Positions 1 to 13,143 of a stretch of 64,000 bases of DNA are shown here, in pieces. The notes under the pieces are model-generated. The model was not told the origin of the DNA. It did not search any database and worked only from the letters and a program-made list of their open reading frames with translations. Source of the stretch: Tubulanus polymorphus (lineage: Eukaryota; Animalia; Nemertea). The stretch lies in contig NC_134028.1 in NCBI RefSeq assembly GCF_964204645.1, positions 1,364,001 through 1,428,000 of the forward strand, in the 5' to 3' direction. Numbering within the stretch: position 1 is the first letter of the stretch; each line of letters opens with the position of its first letter. A program made the translations under genes and the position numbers.

Positions 1-194
1 AACACACTTCGCTCGCCATAAAACATTATTAATATAGCTATTATTCACAACTGGATTTTCTTATTTCATTTCTCTGTTTCATTATCCATAATTCATAATG
101 ATAAAAATGTAAACAGAATATTGTAATTATTTCGCTATAACTCATCAGTATAAAGAACATTACTAATTCGTAATAAATAAGATATGAAGCCACA

Positions 195-420
195 ATTATT
201 GTCTCATCGCACCACTCTCTTGTTAGTACATAATCTTCATCTTATGTGACCACAGTCCGTAAGGTCAACCTTACGTCGAAGCGACAAACAAACCTCCCAC
301 ACACCACTCAGCGCAATCTATACACTGACCAAATACGTAGGATTTGGATTGTTCAGCGCAAACCAGTTTGGCATGTACCGACAAAAGGTCTCGTTACCGT
401 TATGTAATGAAGGTAGTGGC
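195..420 (-). pseudogene. Frameshifted paralogue of the 1797-2023 segment
   Basis: Shared blocks such as gcgcaatcta, tgaccaaatac, tttggattgttc, caaaccagtttggca(t/c)gtaccgacaaaag; single-base indels break the frame that is open in the other copy. Confidence 0.35.
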
Positions 421-1796
421 TTCAATTTACGCCAGTCCTGTACACGACAATTTGACCATGGAACAACGGGTTTAATCCAGTGTTTTACTATATATGACAA
501 TATGACATGTACATAGTTAGAATTTTGATATCAAATATATTTTCTTAATCAAATCATAAGCGTCCTTGAGATGAAGGAAGATATTTCGAATTTTCCAAGT
601 GTATCTTTTTTACAGAAAATATGCATCCAATTGTTTATATGTATATACTTTCAATTTGATATCATACGCGCCCGAGTTTCCTCCTCGCCGAACAGAACAT
701 CGTCTATCAGAACATCCGAACATCCACAGCCATTTCAGATGAGCCTTAGGCTATATATAATAGAAGATATGATACAGCTCCAGTTCTATCAACTCTCGCT
801 GATTAAGTATGCGGGGAAAAAAATGAAAACATCGCTGCAGAAAAAAAGCAATCAGGAAGACAACGAACAGGTTCCAGTGTCCACTATTAAGTGAGCTGAA
901 CCATGAACTGGATCAGAGCGAACTCTAGAATCAGCTCAGCGCTCAACTCATATTTACAAATACCATATTTACACTTACTTTGTACAATTTCAGGTTTTGC
1001 TTTTAGTTATAATGATATACTGTACATACCGTCCACATACATAGGATGAAACAAAAACAACTGCTTACACTAGTCAATTAACTGACCATCATCCCTAATG
1101 CCTTTAGTATATAACATCTATTAGATTCATAATTATATATAGTATCATTCTTAACCAATAAACAAACTACATTCTAGTAATTGATATCAGCAATTATAGC
1201 ATTAACAATTTACAATTTGATTCATAACTTTGATATAACTTAATAAACAAAACGTCCCGTTTTAGCACCAATACTTTTTACGAAATACAAGAGCATTATC
1301 TAGAATTGCGTTAAATGTTAGAGTACGATTTCCTCACTGGAAACGGTCCAGTAAATGTTGACTTGTTCTATTGTTGTATTGTTGTATCTCGTACGAACGA
1401 ACTTGAAAGGCCAGACGTAACAAAACGGCATCACGAAACTGATACGAAAAGGGCGTTGTATCCGTAGAACAGCGAATACACAATAAGCGACTATTGTAGA
1501 AATCAGTATTTCCATTTTGTTTCTAATCCGAAGATATTTTTTTACAATCACAATCACACTGATGATTATCAATATTATCACAAGCACATTATTTCTTATT
1601 ATTCCGAATAAATGTTCCTGAAAATGAAAAGAAAAAAAAAATTGAACATCATGAGATTACTGAATGAAAGGTTTAAATAGATGATGCAAGTTACAAAGCT
1701 AATCGAGTTTTTTTCAAGGAATGGGTTTGGAATTTGTAGCTTTTTATCGGTCAAAATTAAAAGAAAGATTTAAAAAAAAGCTATTATTGGAATGGA

Positions 1797-2023
1797 TTAT
1801 TGGTCATGGCACCTCTGTATAAACGAATCATCATATTCAGTGATCACAGTCATGAGAGCATGATCAGATCGAGACGGCAAACTAACCTTCCACGGACCAC
1901 TCATGCGCAATCTATATGATTGACCAAATACTTCGGTTTTGGATTGTTCTGGTACAAACCAGTTTGGCACGTACCGACAAAAGATCACGTTACTGTTATA
2001 TAACGAGGCTAGAGGCCCTTTCT
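1797..2023 (-). other. Open exon-like segment of unknown function, with a degraded paralogous copy at ~195-420
   Basis: tttatag| acceptor then KGPLASLYNSNVIFCRYVPNWFVPEQSKTEVFGQSYRLRMSGPWKV...; aligns by eye with ~195-420. Confidence 0.3.
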
Positions 2024-2835
2024 CTATAAATGTCCTCAACGCGGTAACACAATGAAATGGCGGGTAGAAGGAATTTTCTTCCTTGTCGATTTGAGAATTC
2101 GAAGATATATTCATGATTCTTAAAAAAAGTCTTATTTTCAAACATGTTTCTAAACTTAAAACTAATTTCCATTCGTTTCCTTATTTTTTCGTTTTCTAAT
2201 AAATCTCAACGAACTGCGCAGTTCCGTAATATTGATGAAGGCTATGTAATACATCTTAGCTGAAATACAGTATATATCTATGTTTTGTACTGAAGGAGAT
2301 TTTTCCTCTTAAACCATTTCTTTGTGGGAAGCGCGTAGTTGGTATACTGTTGTGCATGAACCCCAGGACTTGTTGAAACAGAAAGGTAGTTTTATCCACC
2401 CCTCGTCTGTCGTTGGTATAAATAGAACTCAGTTCTGCGGTATAAAATGCTATGGTATGTCTTCACTTGTAAACAGTTCTATGGTATACACATCAGTGTT
2501 CAGACTATACCACATATACATACATACCACAATACCCAACTTCATATATATACCAACTCGACTCGAAATATACAGCAGAACTTTTTTCGAATTGTCATCG
2601 AAATAGGGTGGATCTCTAAGAGGCTTCTCATGATTTCTTAAATTGCATGGCAATGTATGCCTTGATAACTAGTGTAGAATGATTAATATCTTTTTGATTG
2701 ATAGAATACAAATATTCCCATCATTAAGTGCTAGTGATTATTTACGAGACATCTGTCGATGGTTAAAAGGAACAGTCATTGATTGACCCTTCCTCGAGAT
2801 CCACTATTTCCACTAGTTTGGTCACACTTACATGG

Positions 2836-5800
2836 TTATAAATCGCTACCTCCACCAGCCGGTATCACATAACCCGGACGCGAGCCGTGATAGGGCTGTC
2901 TCGGCGGTATAGCCCCGTACATTCCACCGGCCGGACGAGGTGGTCCTCCGTAACTGGACGGTGCTTGGTGCCGAGGTGTCGGCTGCTGCTGCTGTGGACG
3001 TTGCGGTAGAATTTGTGCATACATCGATTTCGGTGCTGATGACTGAGGTTTTGGTTTGGCCGCTGGTTGCTGGTGAGATGAAATATCGGAGCCATTTTCA
3101 CTCGACCGACTGGACACACTTTCTTGGTCGTTACTTGGCCCTTTCATCGCACTCCATCCTCTCGCTTTTCTATTGAAATCTTTGAACTTCTTCGAGTCTT
3201 TGGGCTGGACTTGTAGATTACAATTTTCGATTTGAATATCTGAAATAGAGCGAAGATATTTTTGATATATATGTTAGATTTGACAATGTAAAATGAGATT
3301 TGTTTTCGACATCTGCAACACTGGAATTGACGATTACTGAAAATTAATGAAACATGCAGAATTAACTCAACATGCGCTTCAAAATATTAAATGATTTAAT
3401 TTGATTCATTCAAATCAAACATCCTTAAACAGCATTGCAGAGAAGGGGCTGAATGAATTAGATCAATTATAAACTTAGGTCTTGATTCTGTAACCGGTTA
3501 CGGAGAGATAAGCACCAAAAGACGCGATAGCCAAGAAATAGACCCACAACGTGTACAAGACATATAAAACAGACGAGATTCTTAACAAACAAGTGAAGAA
3601 ATAGTGAATCCGTGGTGAGACAAGCGGAGTGAAGAAAAATACACAAGGGGTTTAAACAGATTAATTAAACAGTTTAATTCTACCTCCAGCTGCAGTCGTT
3701 CCTGGATGTCCTCTACCCTTTCCTATGATAAATCAATAATATTGTCTATTACTCATGACCCTCCCTTCAGATATGTTTTAACATAGATGAAAATATTAAA
3801 ACATTTATGTAAACGGCTGTAGAGAGTGTCGTACCTGTATTTTGACCTGGTGCGTTCTTCAGACGATTGAATACATCGCTACCGACTGTATGGCGACGGT
3901 TAAGATGGTCAAAAGCGGCGTCGACGCTTCCTCCGCTGTCCTGCGCGGCTGCCCACGGAGATTTCGCCGGTCTGGTGACATCGATTGGATTCACAAATTT
4001 CGGTGATTGCGGCTCTGTTGGTGGTGTCGGTGGTGACTGTACGTTCGACTCATCGACGACCCAACTCTCCGATTTTGCCCGCCGTTTAGCGAAGATCTGA
4101 CCACCTTTACCTTTCGAAGCGTGTAAAGCGGCTGCGAGGTTGAAGCATTGTTCAGGTGCCACCGCGCTATGATTCACTTTCGGCGACCGGAGTCGCATTT
4201 GCTCGAGTTCTTGAGCCGAAATCTTAACTTTATTCGGAGGTAAATGATCGATAGGTTGATCCGGATCGTAATGGACCTTCGGTGGTTTCTGCATAACCAG
4301 GGTATAAGAGAAGTGTTTCCCCGGGATGACAATAGGTGTCACGTCGCAGCCGTCGTCGTCATCGTCTGCAGTATGAACCCATTTCTCCGCGCGTTCTCGT
4401 CGCTTGTTGAACATGCGAGCTCCCTTCGATCTCTGGACGGTGGCTTCAGACGTCAGAACCTGGGCGACTTTACGAGCAAGATCGATTTGTTCCTCCAAGG
4501 TCGGATACTTCTCGGCTGGATCGTTGAAAAATGCCGAATCAGCGTAAAGTTTCTCTGAAATGGAGAATTCAAAAATAAGAGCATGACGGGTAGAATATAA
4601 GGGTTTATAAGCCCAATAGGGTTTATCATGCTGACACGTTCGCTATACCTCCCAATTTTTGTTTCAAAATCTTAGCTTTCCTTCGCGGTAAAGTACAATA
4701 ACCGTTCAAACTATAAAACGGATTTCGTCGCTTATCAAAATGATTATCGTTATTCTCTCGAGTATCTTCAATATCATCGTGAGAATGAATAGCTTCAACG
4801 AGTTCATTACTGTGCAGAGCTTTATTGATAGATTTCAAGACGGGGTTTTTAAGACTTTCCGACTTTGATTCACTGAATCTGATAGTTTTACTACGAATAT
4901 TGCCATTCGGTTTATTGCTGTAAGTTTTATGTTGTACAAAGTCTCTTTTAGAAACTGGTGCAGTCGTTTTTCCAATCTGAGTCGAGAATGCTGGACTTTC
5001 CAATTTCTCAGAATCGCCATGATGCGATGACGATAAAGATGATGATGATGATGATAATGATGATATCTTTGCAGGTGGATCCTTCACCGAATTTTCATTC
5101 GAAGACGACAGAAACGGTTTCAGTAATTCTAGAACCTTCGACCTTGAATGATCAACATTAGTGGGTTTATGAGGTGTTAGCGATCCGTACAATTCTGAAA
5201 TGTCATATTTTTGATCGTACAGTTCTGATAGATCAACCTTTCTACTCGCAAACCTCGTACGATATTCATCTGGTACGAATTCAATCTCAGCCTCCTCATC
5301 TCGAGTCTCTTCATTATCGTCTGTTCGCTCGATTATTACTTCCGGTTCGCATTTCGTAAAATCTAAAACAAATTTTCGAACTCGTTTCTTCTTCATTTCA
5401 TCGCGATGGAAACTTCTTCCGTTCGATCGTAAATACGACTGACTTAACCAGGTATATCCACTCACTGTACGGTAACTGGGCTCCATCTCTTATAGCCTAA
5501 ACCTCTACCAGATCTGCTGAGTTTATGTATCCGCAGTGGTGAATAGAGAATCGAAAGTTCGATTGAAGAATCGAAAAAGAAACCGAAATATTTCCACGTA
5601 GACCGCAGTATATACAATCTTGTGTATGTTTGTTTGATATGAAAAATGCTCGCAGTCGCGACGCACTTTTACCCTTTTTCTACACGCGTTGTGTAACTGA
5701 AAACCACACAATAAAGACTTGATTGTATATTTTTATTGCATTTTGTCCTGAGACAATCGGTTGTATATAACTGTCAGTTGGCACCGGTCTATAGCGCGAT

Positions 5801-8800
5801 GATAGCTTTAATTCAAATTCATTGTCGGTTATTGTGACTGGTTTTTTCAATGTGTAGTCACTATTCTTAGTGTTGTCGACAGAACGGGTTCAAATCAAGG
5901 GGAACTCGATAAAAACGGATTGCCTTAAAACTGGTTTCGATTTAAGTTCAATCAAACGACTGATCTATTTCATAAACATTCCAAATCAACGGTAATAGTT
6001 TAGAAGAAGGATTTCTACTTGAAGAACTAAATTTCCAGCACAAAACACATTAACTACAATTCAATAGAACATATGTCTACTGCTGCTAAGAGTGTAATAG
6101 CTTGACGAAAAAATTCCAGTTTTAATTAAGCATGTGTTACAGAAAATAAGCGACGTACTTGAAGGTTATAGTGAGCGTCGATTAATATATAAAACTATAC
6201 AGTCAAACCCCGGGATACTGCAGCAAACACAATTTCAGCAATACATCGCTGACTATTCCAAAATAAAGTACATATGTCATGTTTACAGAAAAAAACCTAA
6301 CCTGACGTTAGGCGGGTTGGTGGTTTATCGGGGGTTGACTGCTACACAACGATATTAAACTGTTGATAACAAACTAAAAATTATTTCTTTTCGATCAAAA
6401 TATTGCACAAGTTATTTTATGATATACATATTATGTATTATATATATGCAAACAGCAAATAAACAATAAATCTACAATTCACACTCGCATGTAGAATACC
6501 TCGTTTGGTGTTTGGAGCTGATGAAATAGCCATTGCCATGACATCTGAAAACAAGTTCATGCTTGGTTTTAAAGAAAATGTTTGGATAGTGATACGAAAA
6601 AAGTGTTAAAATCACCGTCATGGTACATCTGGCTGTCTGAATACATCGACGGCCAACACTCAATCATCGATATACACTAGATCGATAATAGTTGTTGAAG
6701 TTCTTGTGGGGAAAAATCTGGTTCTGACTCAAACTATTCCTGAAATCTCATGTGAATAAGAAGAAAATACTTCATAAAATGCGTCATTCGAGGTTTTTTC
6801 CCTGATTTCAGGAATTTTCCGTCAGTTCACAATCGAACGAGAGGAAATTGCGGGTGATTCGATAAAGGAAGAATGGATGGTTAGAACGGTGCAGGTGTTG
6901 GGTCCAGTTCCATAGTTAAAAACTTTTATATCTCAAATTGACTTAAAGATCAAATATGACCCTATATCTGCTAGATTTGTTATAGAATCGGAATGGTCTA
7001 TAGCGCTGGATCACGACTCTGAAACCGGACCCAGAAGGACAAGATCATTCGGTATAACTAAGTTTAGAATATCTACTCACTTTTCTTTATTTTGCTCGGT
7101 GTATCGGGAGGAGTTTCTCCCGAATCTTGCGTTAGTTTATGCATGTCAACGGGAATCAATCCGGGTGTGGCAGGCATGACGGTGTAGTCATCGATATGTT
7201 CACCGGGTGGCACGTACGGCTGTTGAGGTATCTGCCAGGCCGGTCGTTCATCTTCAGTCACAGGTTTTTCGTATTTCTTCACCTTGAAATTAGGCGCCAC
7301 GTTCTCTTTCGTTTCGGTAAGACGAAGGTCATCTTGTTTCGATTCTAGAATTTTCGCCGCTTGGTCTTTGATCGATTTGTTATCCTTCACTTTGAAGTCT
7401 GGGATAGTTTGCTGCTGCTGTGGTGCTGGTTGGTTATTCATGTCGTTGTAAACAGGTTGTAACGGTGACCCGTACAGATTCAGCTCGTCGCGTCTCGATG
7501 TTTCTGTTACGGTGTTGGTTGTAGTTCGTGTCTCTCTGACGGCACCGCCGCGACTGACCGTCTCAGTAACAGTCTTCCGAGTCTGTGTCACTTGAACGCC
7601 CGGTTCCTGAGACTGGATGATTGGTGATTGACGATCACCGGTACTAGAAAATGTAAAATACACAACAACCTTAGAATCCTACGACAAATATACTCCATAA
7701 TTTTGTTGTAACAATTCAGACTTATTTCATTCGTAGTCTCAGGGATTCTATATGATCTTTAAAACACAGACAGAGTTTATCGTCAACGGTTATCCGATGA
7801 CCAAATATCAAAGAAATGTCAAAAAGAGATGAACTAAGAGCGCATTATATCCATTTCACAAATCGATTCGAAACTCGCTCCTCAATCCCCTCAAACATAC
7901 GATTCTTAGATAAAAAGAAAAAATGCTCTCACCATTCATCAAAATTTCACCTATAAAATCGTTCAATGTTTAATTCTATGATCGTGATCATACACACGTA
8001 CCTACGTATACACACTCTCGTCTGATCATAAGTGCTTCTCGATAACAATAAACTACAGCTGTTTCTATTCGATTATTGATGAACAAAGCATTTTCAATTT
8101 CAGACCGTTAGATCTCATTCGAGCCCAGTTTTTAACGCGATTATACATATCATTTTTTATAGAATAAAACAATGAGTTCAGTATGTCAATGGAAAAAGAT
8201 TATGAGACAGAGAAATCTTGAATACGCGGTTACAAAACCTTATCAAATAAAAGAACCACGCCGAATGAAATTTAATGAACTAACTATCCTTTAATAGAGG
8301 TTTGCAGAAAAAAGGTGTTGTACATAAAAAGAATGGAATACAGGATAGAAAATACTGCGAAATTCTGCTAAGAAGTAGCGTTTATCAGTTTGAGTAAACA
8401 ACTTAGTCTCCTACAACTCTCACAATAAACAGGTATCACATGATCGTGACGTAAAAGAAGCAACTGAATACAACCAAATAGATAGTGGCTGAAAAATTTG
8501 TTTGTCCGCGACATTCATTGATTCACTTGAGCCACTTTTTGTATCGATTCGCTGATTCAAGATGGCGGACTGCAGACTTCCGTTGCATATTACTTACCGT
8601 TTTCGGAACCCAAAACAACTGCTTCCAAACATTTTCGATAACTACTTTATATAACTAAAACCTTTCATCCAAAATGTAAAAGTACTTCCATATAGTTCTC
8701 GTGGCAACAGTAACAATTACGTTAAGCCTCTTCCTGAGGAAATTGCTTCTTTTCTCAGGAGGAAATTTACTAAGTTGTGACGTCAGCGAGTACAGTGTAT

Positions 8801-11800
8801 GTTATTGCACGTATGAACCAACATTTCGCTTTTCGTTGAAGGTTATTTAAATACATTACTATATGTTTATACACTGACGGCTTTAACTGCGTAACTATAG
8901 GTTCAGCAGCTTCCGCTAATTGATGTATTTGTCTAAGTACATCTTCCTTGGACTTCATAATTTCACCAAAGTTTGTGTGCTTTGTATAAACCTCTTATTT
9001 GCCTCGAAATCACTCGAGCTTCATATCAGACATTTTACACTGACGAAAACATTTTTTCAATTTGATTAATCGTCATCAGCATCGTGTTCATTTCTGAACG
9101 GTTTTCACCAAACATCATTTAAAAAATCTAATATTAATCAAAGAACGCGGTAGAAATTTGTAGCGTGTCGCAAATCAAGACTAAAGAGTCAATCATCGAA
9201 CTATTGTTTGATACATTCGGTTTTCAACTAAAGACTAGTAATGTAGTAGTGGTTCCTTCATAATGGTTATAAGTTTCAAAACTTAGCATTGGGAGTTTTG
9301 ATAAATTTTTCCTTGTGGCTTTAACTCCCAAATACTGATAAAATTTTTCTCTGTTTTGAAATACAATCGCATTTATATAAAAGTACGGCCGAGTTGGTTT
9401 TGAGACGGTGTGTATTTTCACTGACTCACTCTATAATTCGCAGGTGTTTTACTGATGAAATACTATTAGTTTAACTGCGATGCGAAGGAATCTACTCGAG
9501 CTTAAATCAGAAATAATATTTTCCCTATCTCTCGAAAGGTAACCTTTTCATATCACGCGATGTCGGTTCAGATTTTTGAAACGACCGAAAGTTCAGCCTT
9601 TAATATCCATCACTATTCATACCTTATAATGAATACAAATACCGGTACTATACTAATATCCGCATTGATAATTATTGAATTCTTTTATCGCATAAATAAC
9701 TTCTTGCGAACAGCTGAGAATCTTATCTACAAAAAGAATTCCCGTGATGCAAAAAACTCTAGAAAAATATGGATAAAAAATCCTATACTGGATGAATATA
9801 ATTACGCAATAATCACAAGGTTCGAGTCATGCGTGATAACGGGATTAATGAATTAGAACTCACCGAAATCAACTTTAATCCACTCAAAACGTCTGAAGAT
9901 AATCCCTATATATTCACCTGATATAACAACCTGTTGCTATCCCCTCTTATCCCCGTATCTTTTCCACCTTCAAATGACGCAAGGCAAAATACCTTTGACT
10001 TATCATATGCTTATCCTATAATGTTTTCTTATGCCGCTCAGGGTTGTGTGTTGATGTTGGATTGGTGTGTTACACGGTTATACGATGAGGAGAATATTTT
10101 CTGGCGGGTTTAAACGAACTAGGTGTGTGTATACAGTGTAACAGTCTGATCAAAAAATATTTGAAACCGCACCAACAAAACCCCGGAACCCCGGAACCAC
10201 CATGCAGTAGCAACACAGCCCCAACATGTTACAATTGCCCAGCGAGTTGCACAGCGATAGATAAGATCAGTCTTAGTTCTACACGTATAGCCACTGTTAT
10301 AACTTCAGACCAGTGAATTTAAGGACCATTTTTGGACTTGAGTCATGACTGTGCAACTGGATCGATAGTTTTAGCTATCTTGGCCCCGTAAAATATCAAA
10401 ATTTGAATGGACCTAGATTTGAGCAGTCTGGATTTCAAACATGTATAAAAACATTATGTTCACGTGTGTAGAATGGTACAATGGTAGAATTTCATCCCAA
10501 ATTATTTTCCGGAAGATCTGTCAGTCTTACCGCAGGATATCCATCACTAGCGTATCTCCAGCAGCCTCAACAGTTTCCATAGCAGCCGCGTGACTGGCGC
10601 CCTGGAAGTCTGCCCCGTTGACACTCAGTATGATATCTCCCTCTAACAGACCAGCGATATCAGCTTTACTTCTTTTTCGAATCTAGAATCGATATAAACA
10701 AATACAGCTCTAGCGATTAGATGTTGAATAATGACGTGCACATTTATCAGGTTTTTGTGGATTTTGAAATCTTTTGGGAGATGTTGGCGAAATTAGAAAG
10801 ATTCACTGTATGGCCGTCAAAGAGTACGGCTTGAATTTTTAACATCGTGAAATTCTCGTGTTAATGACGTGGCGTGAAGCCAATCGTTTCATCACGTAAC
10901 ATTAGCATTGGCCCATTGTCATTCCTGTCCGAAACTGGTTTGAGGTCACATTATGATGATACACAACCAGAGAAGTTGACAGCATCATATTTTCTAAATA
11001 TTTTTGGTTATAATATCATACATGTATAATAAACTATTATACTTCGACTGAATATCATCAATTGTGAATTTCATATGTTTTAAGCTAAGTTTTGAACTCT
11101 AGAACTATTCCTAATGTGTGTATGCGCTGAGTGTAAAACATGAATTGTTCATATTAATTTGAGTTATATACTCATTGTGATAATGGCAGTTGTGGTAGAA
11201 ATCATAGTCACTATATACCCAGGGTATAGACACCTACCAGTTGGTATATCTACTATATACACTTACCACTATAGAGTCAGAAAAACACGCACACATGGTA
11301 CTGGCGGATTTAGAATCTATTGCAGATAATTCAGCGTCTAATAATAATGTGTTAGTTAGTTAGTAACTCAACTCTATTCATAGGTATGCAAACGAAATAT
11401 TTTGAAACTTTCATATAAGTTTAGTATATACGACGATGGATCCGTAAAATTATAGATACACTTAGTTTTTGATGACAAAAAGGTCTTGAGAAAGATTTCA
11501 GACTATGGGAATGAATCAGTACCACAGATATTTCAAATGCATTGATGCTTCATTCGACTTGAAAATAGTTGAATTATGATTTGAAATTAGGCTCTAGTTC
11601 TATGAATTACAATAGTTATGTTTCATTGGTTCAAAAGAAAAAAGATCTGATACGTATTTGGTGGATATTCGAAAACAGTTCAACAGCAAAGACCATTTTT
11701 CAGATAAAATCATTTTTCTCTTTTAATAATCTGACTTACCTTAGAAATTCTAAGGGGTTGATTTTCTGAACCTTGGATTCGGAAACCCCACGGTCCACCG

Positions 11801-11832
11801 CCGGTGATCTTAATCTGAAATCTCGATTCCAT
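2836..11832 (-). CDS. PDZ-domain protein with calsarcin/myozenin-synaptopodin-2-like motifs (putative muscle Z-disc protein), 6 coding exons, ~656 aa
   Basis: Exons (minus): 11832-11740 MESRFQIKITGGGPWGFRIQGSENQPLRISK; 10682-10531 IRKRSKADIAGLLEGDIILSVNG...MDILR (PWGFR-type PDZ); 7643-7081; 4554-3835 (KLYADSAFF...YPTLEEQIDLARKVA...SKGARMFNKRRERAEKW, KGGQIFAKRRAKSESW); 3722-3684; 3239-2836 (FNRKARGW...GGSDL*). All GT-AG with matching phases (0,2,1,1,1); total 1971 nt. Family call from recognised motifs, not a database search. Confidence 0.85.
4626..5486 (-). CDS. 286-codon intronic ORF, candidate alternative first exon of the PDZ gene
   Basis: 861-nt ORF on the host strand, in-frame TAA two codons before the ATG; a phase-1 donor (G|gtatag after 4649) matches the acceptor at 4554. 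Confidence 0.5.
   Translation of the reverse strand: MEPSYRTVSGYTWLSQSYLRSNGRSFHRDEMKKKRVRKFVLDFTKCEPEVIIERTDDNEETRDEEAEIEFVPDEYRTRFASRKVDLSELYDQKYDISELYGSLTPHKPTNVDHSRSKVLELLKPFLSSSNENSVKDPPAKISSLSSSSSSLSSSHHGDSEKLESPAFSTQIGKTTAPVSKRDFVQHKTYSNKPNGNIRSKTIRFSESKSESLKNPVLKSINKALHSNELVEAIHSHDDIEDTRENNDNHFDKRRNPFYSLNGYCTLPRRKAKILKQKLGGIANVSA
6901..7031. mobile_element. MITE with GGTCCRGTT-type terminal inverted repeats
   Basis: ggtccagttcc ... gaaaccggacc. Confidence 0.55.
8598..8632 (-). CDS. Candidate short alternative first coding exon (MFGSSCFGFRKR) of the PDZ gene
   Basis: aaaATG context, CG|gtaagt consensus donor, phase 2 matching the acceptor at 7643. Confidence 0.5.
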
Positions 11833-12061
11833 TCTGATGCGGTCAGACGAGAACAGATCGAAGAAAAAGACGAAACTTAAAATAAAGAAACGAATACAAG
11901 TTTCATGTAAGATATATTCCGCTTCTGAGATGAAGATCGTGTGATGAAAGTTCAACCAAACAACGAAATCATGTAAAATAGAGCGGTCGAGGAGCGAGTG
12001 ATCGGCGGTGTGCAGGTTATAGAATCCCGAGTAGATCGAGTAGTAAGGGGTTTATTCCTGC

Positions 12062-12112
12062 ACTGACAGCGGAGAGGACGGAGCACCAGAGAGAGAGAGA
12101 GAGAGAGAGAGA
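12062..12112 (-). promoter_or_regulatory. (GA)n tract and Inr-like TCAGT upstream of the PDZ gene
   Basis: GA repeat at ~12088-12112, then TCAGT on the minus strand at 12062-12066, about 230 nt before the ATG. Promoter role is inferred. Confidence 0.3.
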
Positions 12113-12514
12113 ACACTGATTGAACTGTTAAATATGATTCACTATTCGCCTCATCTTCTTCTCTTCTTCGATAGAGTTTAGTTCAAGGTCAAGAAATAGT
12201 TTAGAAATTATCGTAACTTTTCATTCTAAAATGACAACATAAGTTGAATAATTTCCTTAGTTATAGAATAAATGATTCAACGTGGAAAATCAGAGGAATG
12301 ATGCGAATATTCGAATGAAAGTGAAAATAACAAAATGCTAAAAGGTTTTTTTATCTAGAAACATTGAAGTCATACGCTTTCAACAGCCCTTGATCGTGTA
12401 TATAAGGATAAGAATTTTGCGAGAATTTGTGGAATTAAAAATGATTTACTAAGTTATTGTAGCAATCAAGGGTCTAATCATATCAATAAAAATCTTCGAA
12501 TGACTAATGGAAAG

Positions 12515-12522
12515 AAAAAAAA
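12515..12522 (-). terminator. RNA polymerase III oligo-T terminator of tRNA-Gly
   Basis: T8 run 6 nt downstream of the tRNA 3' end. Confidence 0.75.
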
Positions 12523-12528
12523 TTATCG

Positions 12529-12600
12529 TGCGTTCGCCGGGAATCGAACCCGGATCCATTGCTTGGAAGGCAACGATGCTAACCTTTACACCACGAACGC
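12529..12600 (-). tRNA. tRNA-Gly-TCC: tRNA-Gly (anticodon TCC)
   Basis: Minus strand reads GCGTTCGTGGTGTAAAGGTTAGCATCGTTGCCTTCCAAGCAATGGATCCGGGTTCGATTCCCGGCGAACGCA: 72 nt, acceptor stem GCGTTCG/CGAACGC, anticodon loop CTTCCAA, B-box GGTTCGATTCC. Confidence 0.97.
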
Positions 12601-13143
12601 TCGCTTGGTGCAAGGCGTGTATTGTAAGGTATTATAGTACAAAGCGCATAGGCACGGACTGCGGATCGGACTGATTGTCCGGTTAGTAGTAAGTTGTCGG
12701 TCGGGATGTTCTCTGGCGGAATTAAAACGTACTCGAATTCAATAAGATAACGAACTGTTTATGAGAATGTTTATGAATCAATTTCTTAATTGCGGGCATG
12801 GTTTAAGTCCAAGGACGTTTTCAAAAATGTTGCAATATTCATACTCAATATTCATGGACTCGTTTGAATATTCGGGGCGCGAATGCGAATACCATTCATT
12901 TATCATTTACGATTTTGTAAAATAACGACATCAAGCGACTAATTGATCAGCTTTTGAATAATCCATTAGTGATGATTCCACGGGTTTTAGCTATTGATAG
13001 GTAGATGCGCGTTCACAGCGTATGATGAATCCCTAGCATAATAGACTGAGACTCGAACATTCGACTAACATTTTGAGTAGCGGGTATATATTTATCGAGT
13101 TTCTCGATCACCCATATGATATTTTGGAATAAAACGAATTTTC

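Noticed and set aside
1318-1587. Hydrophobic 89-aa ORF
   Set aside because: Non-ATG start, AT-rich composition explains the hydrophobicity, no recognisable motif.
2865-7348. Antisense and alternate-frame ORFs overlapping the PDZ gene exons
   Set aside because: Shadows of GC-richer coding exons.
9858-9920. Minus-strand donor (g|gtgagt) in PDZ gene intron 2
   Set aside because: The phase-compatible frame has a stop just upstream; at best a non-coding exon that cannot be supported here.
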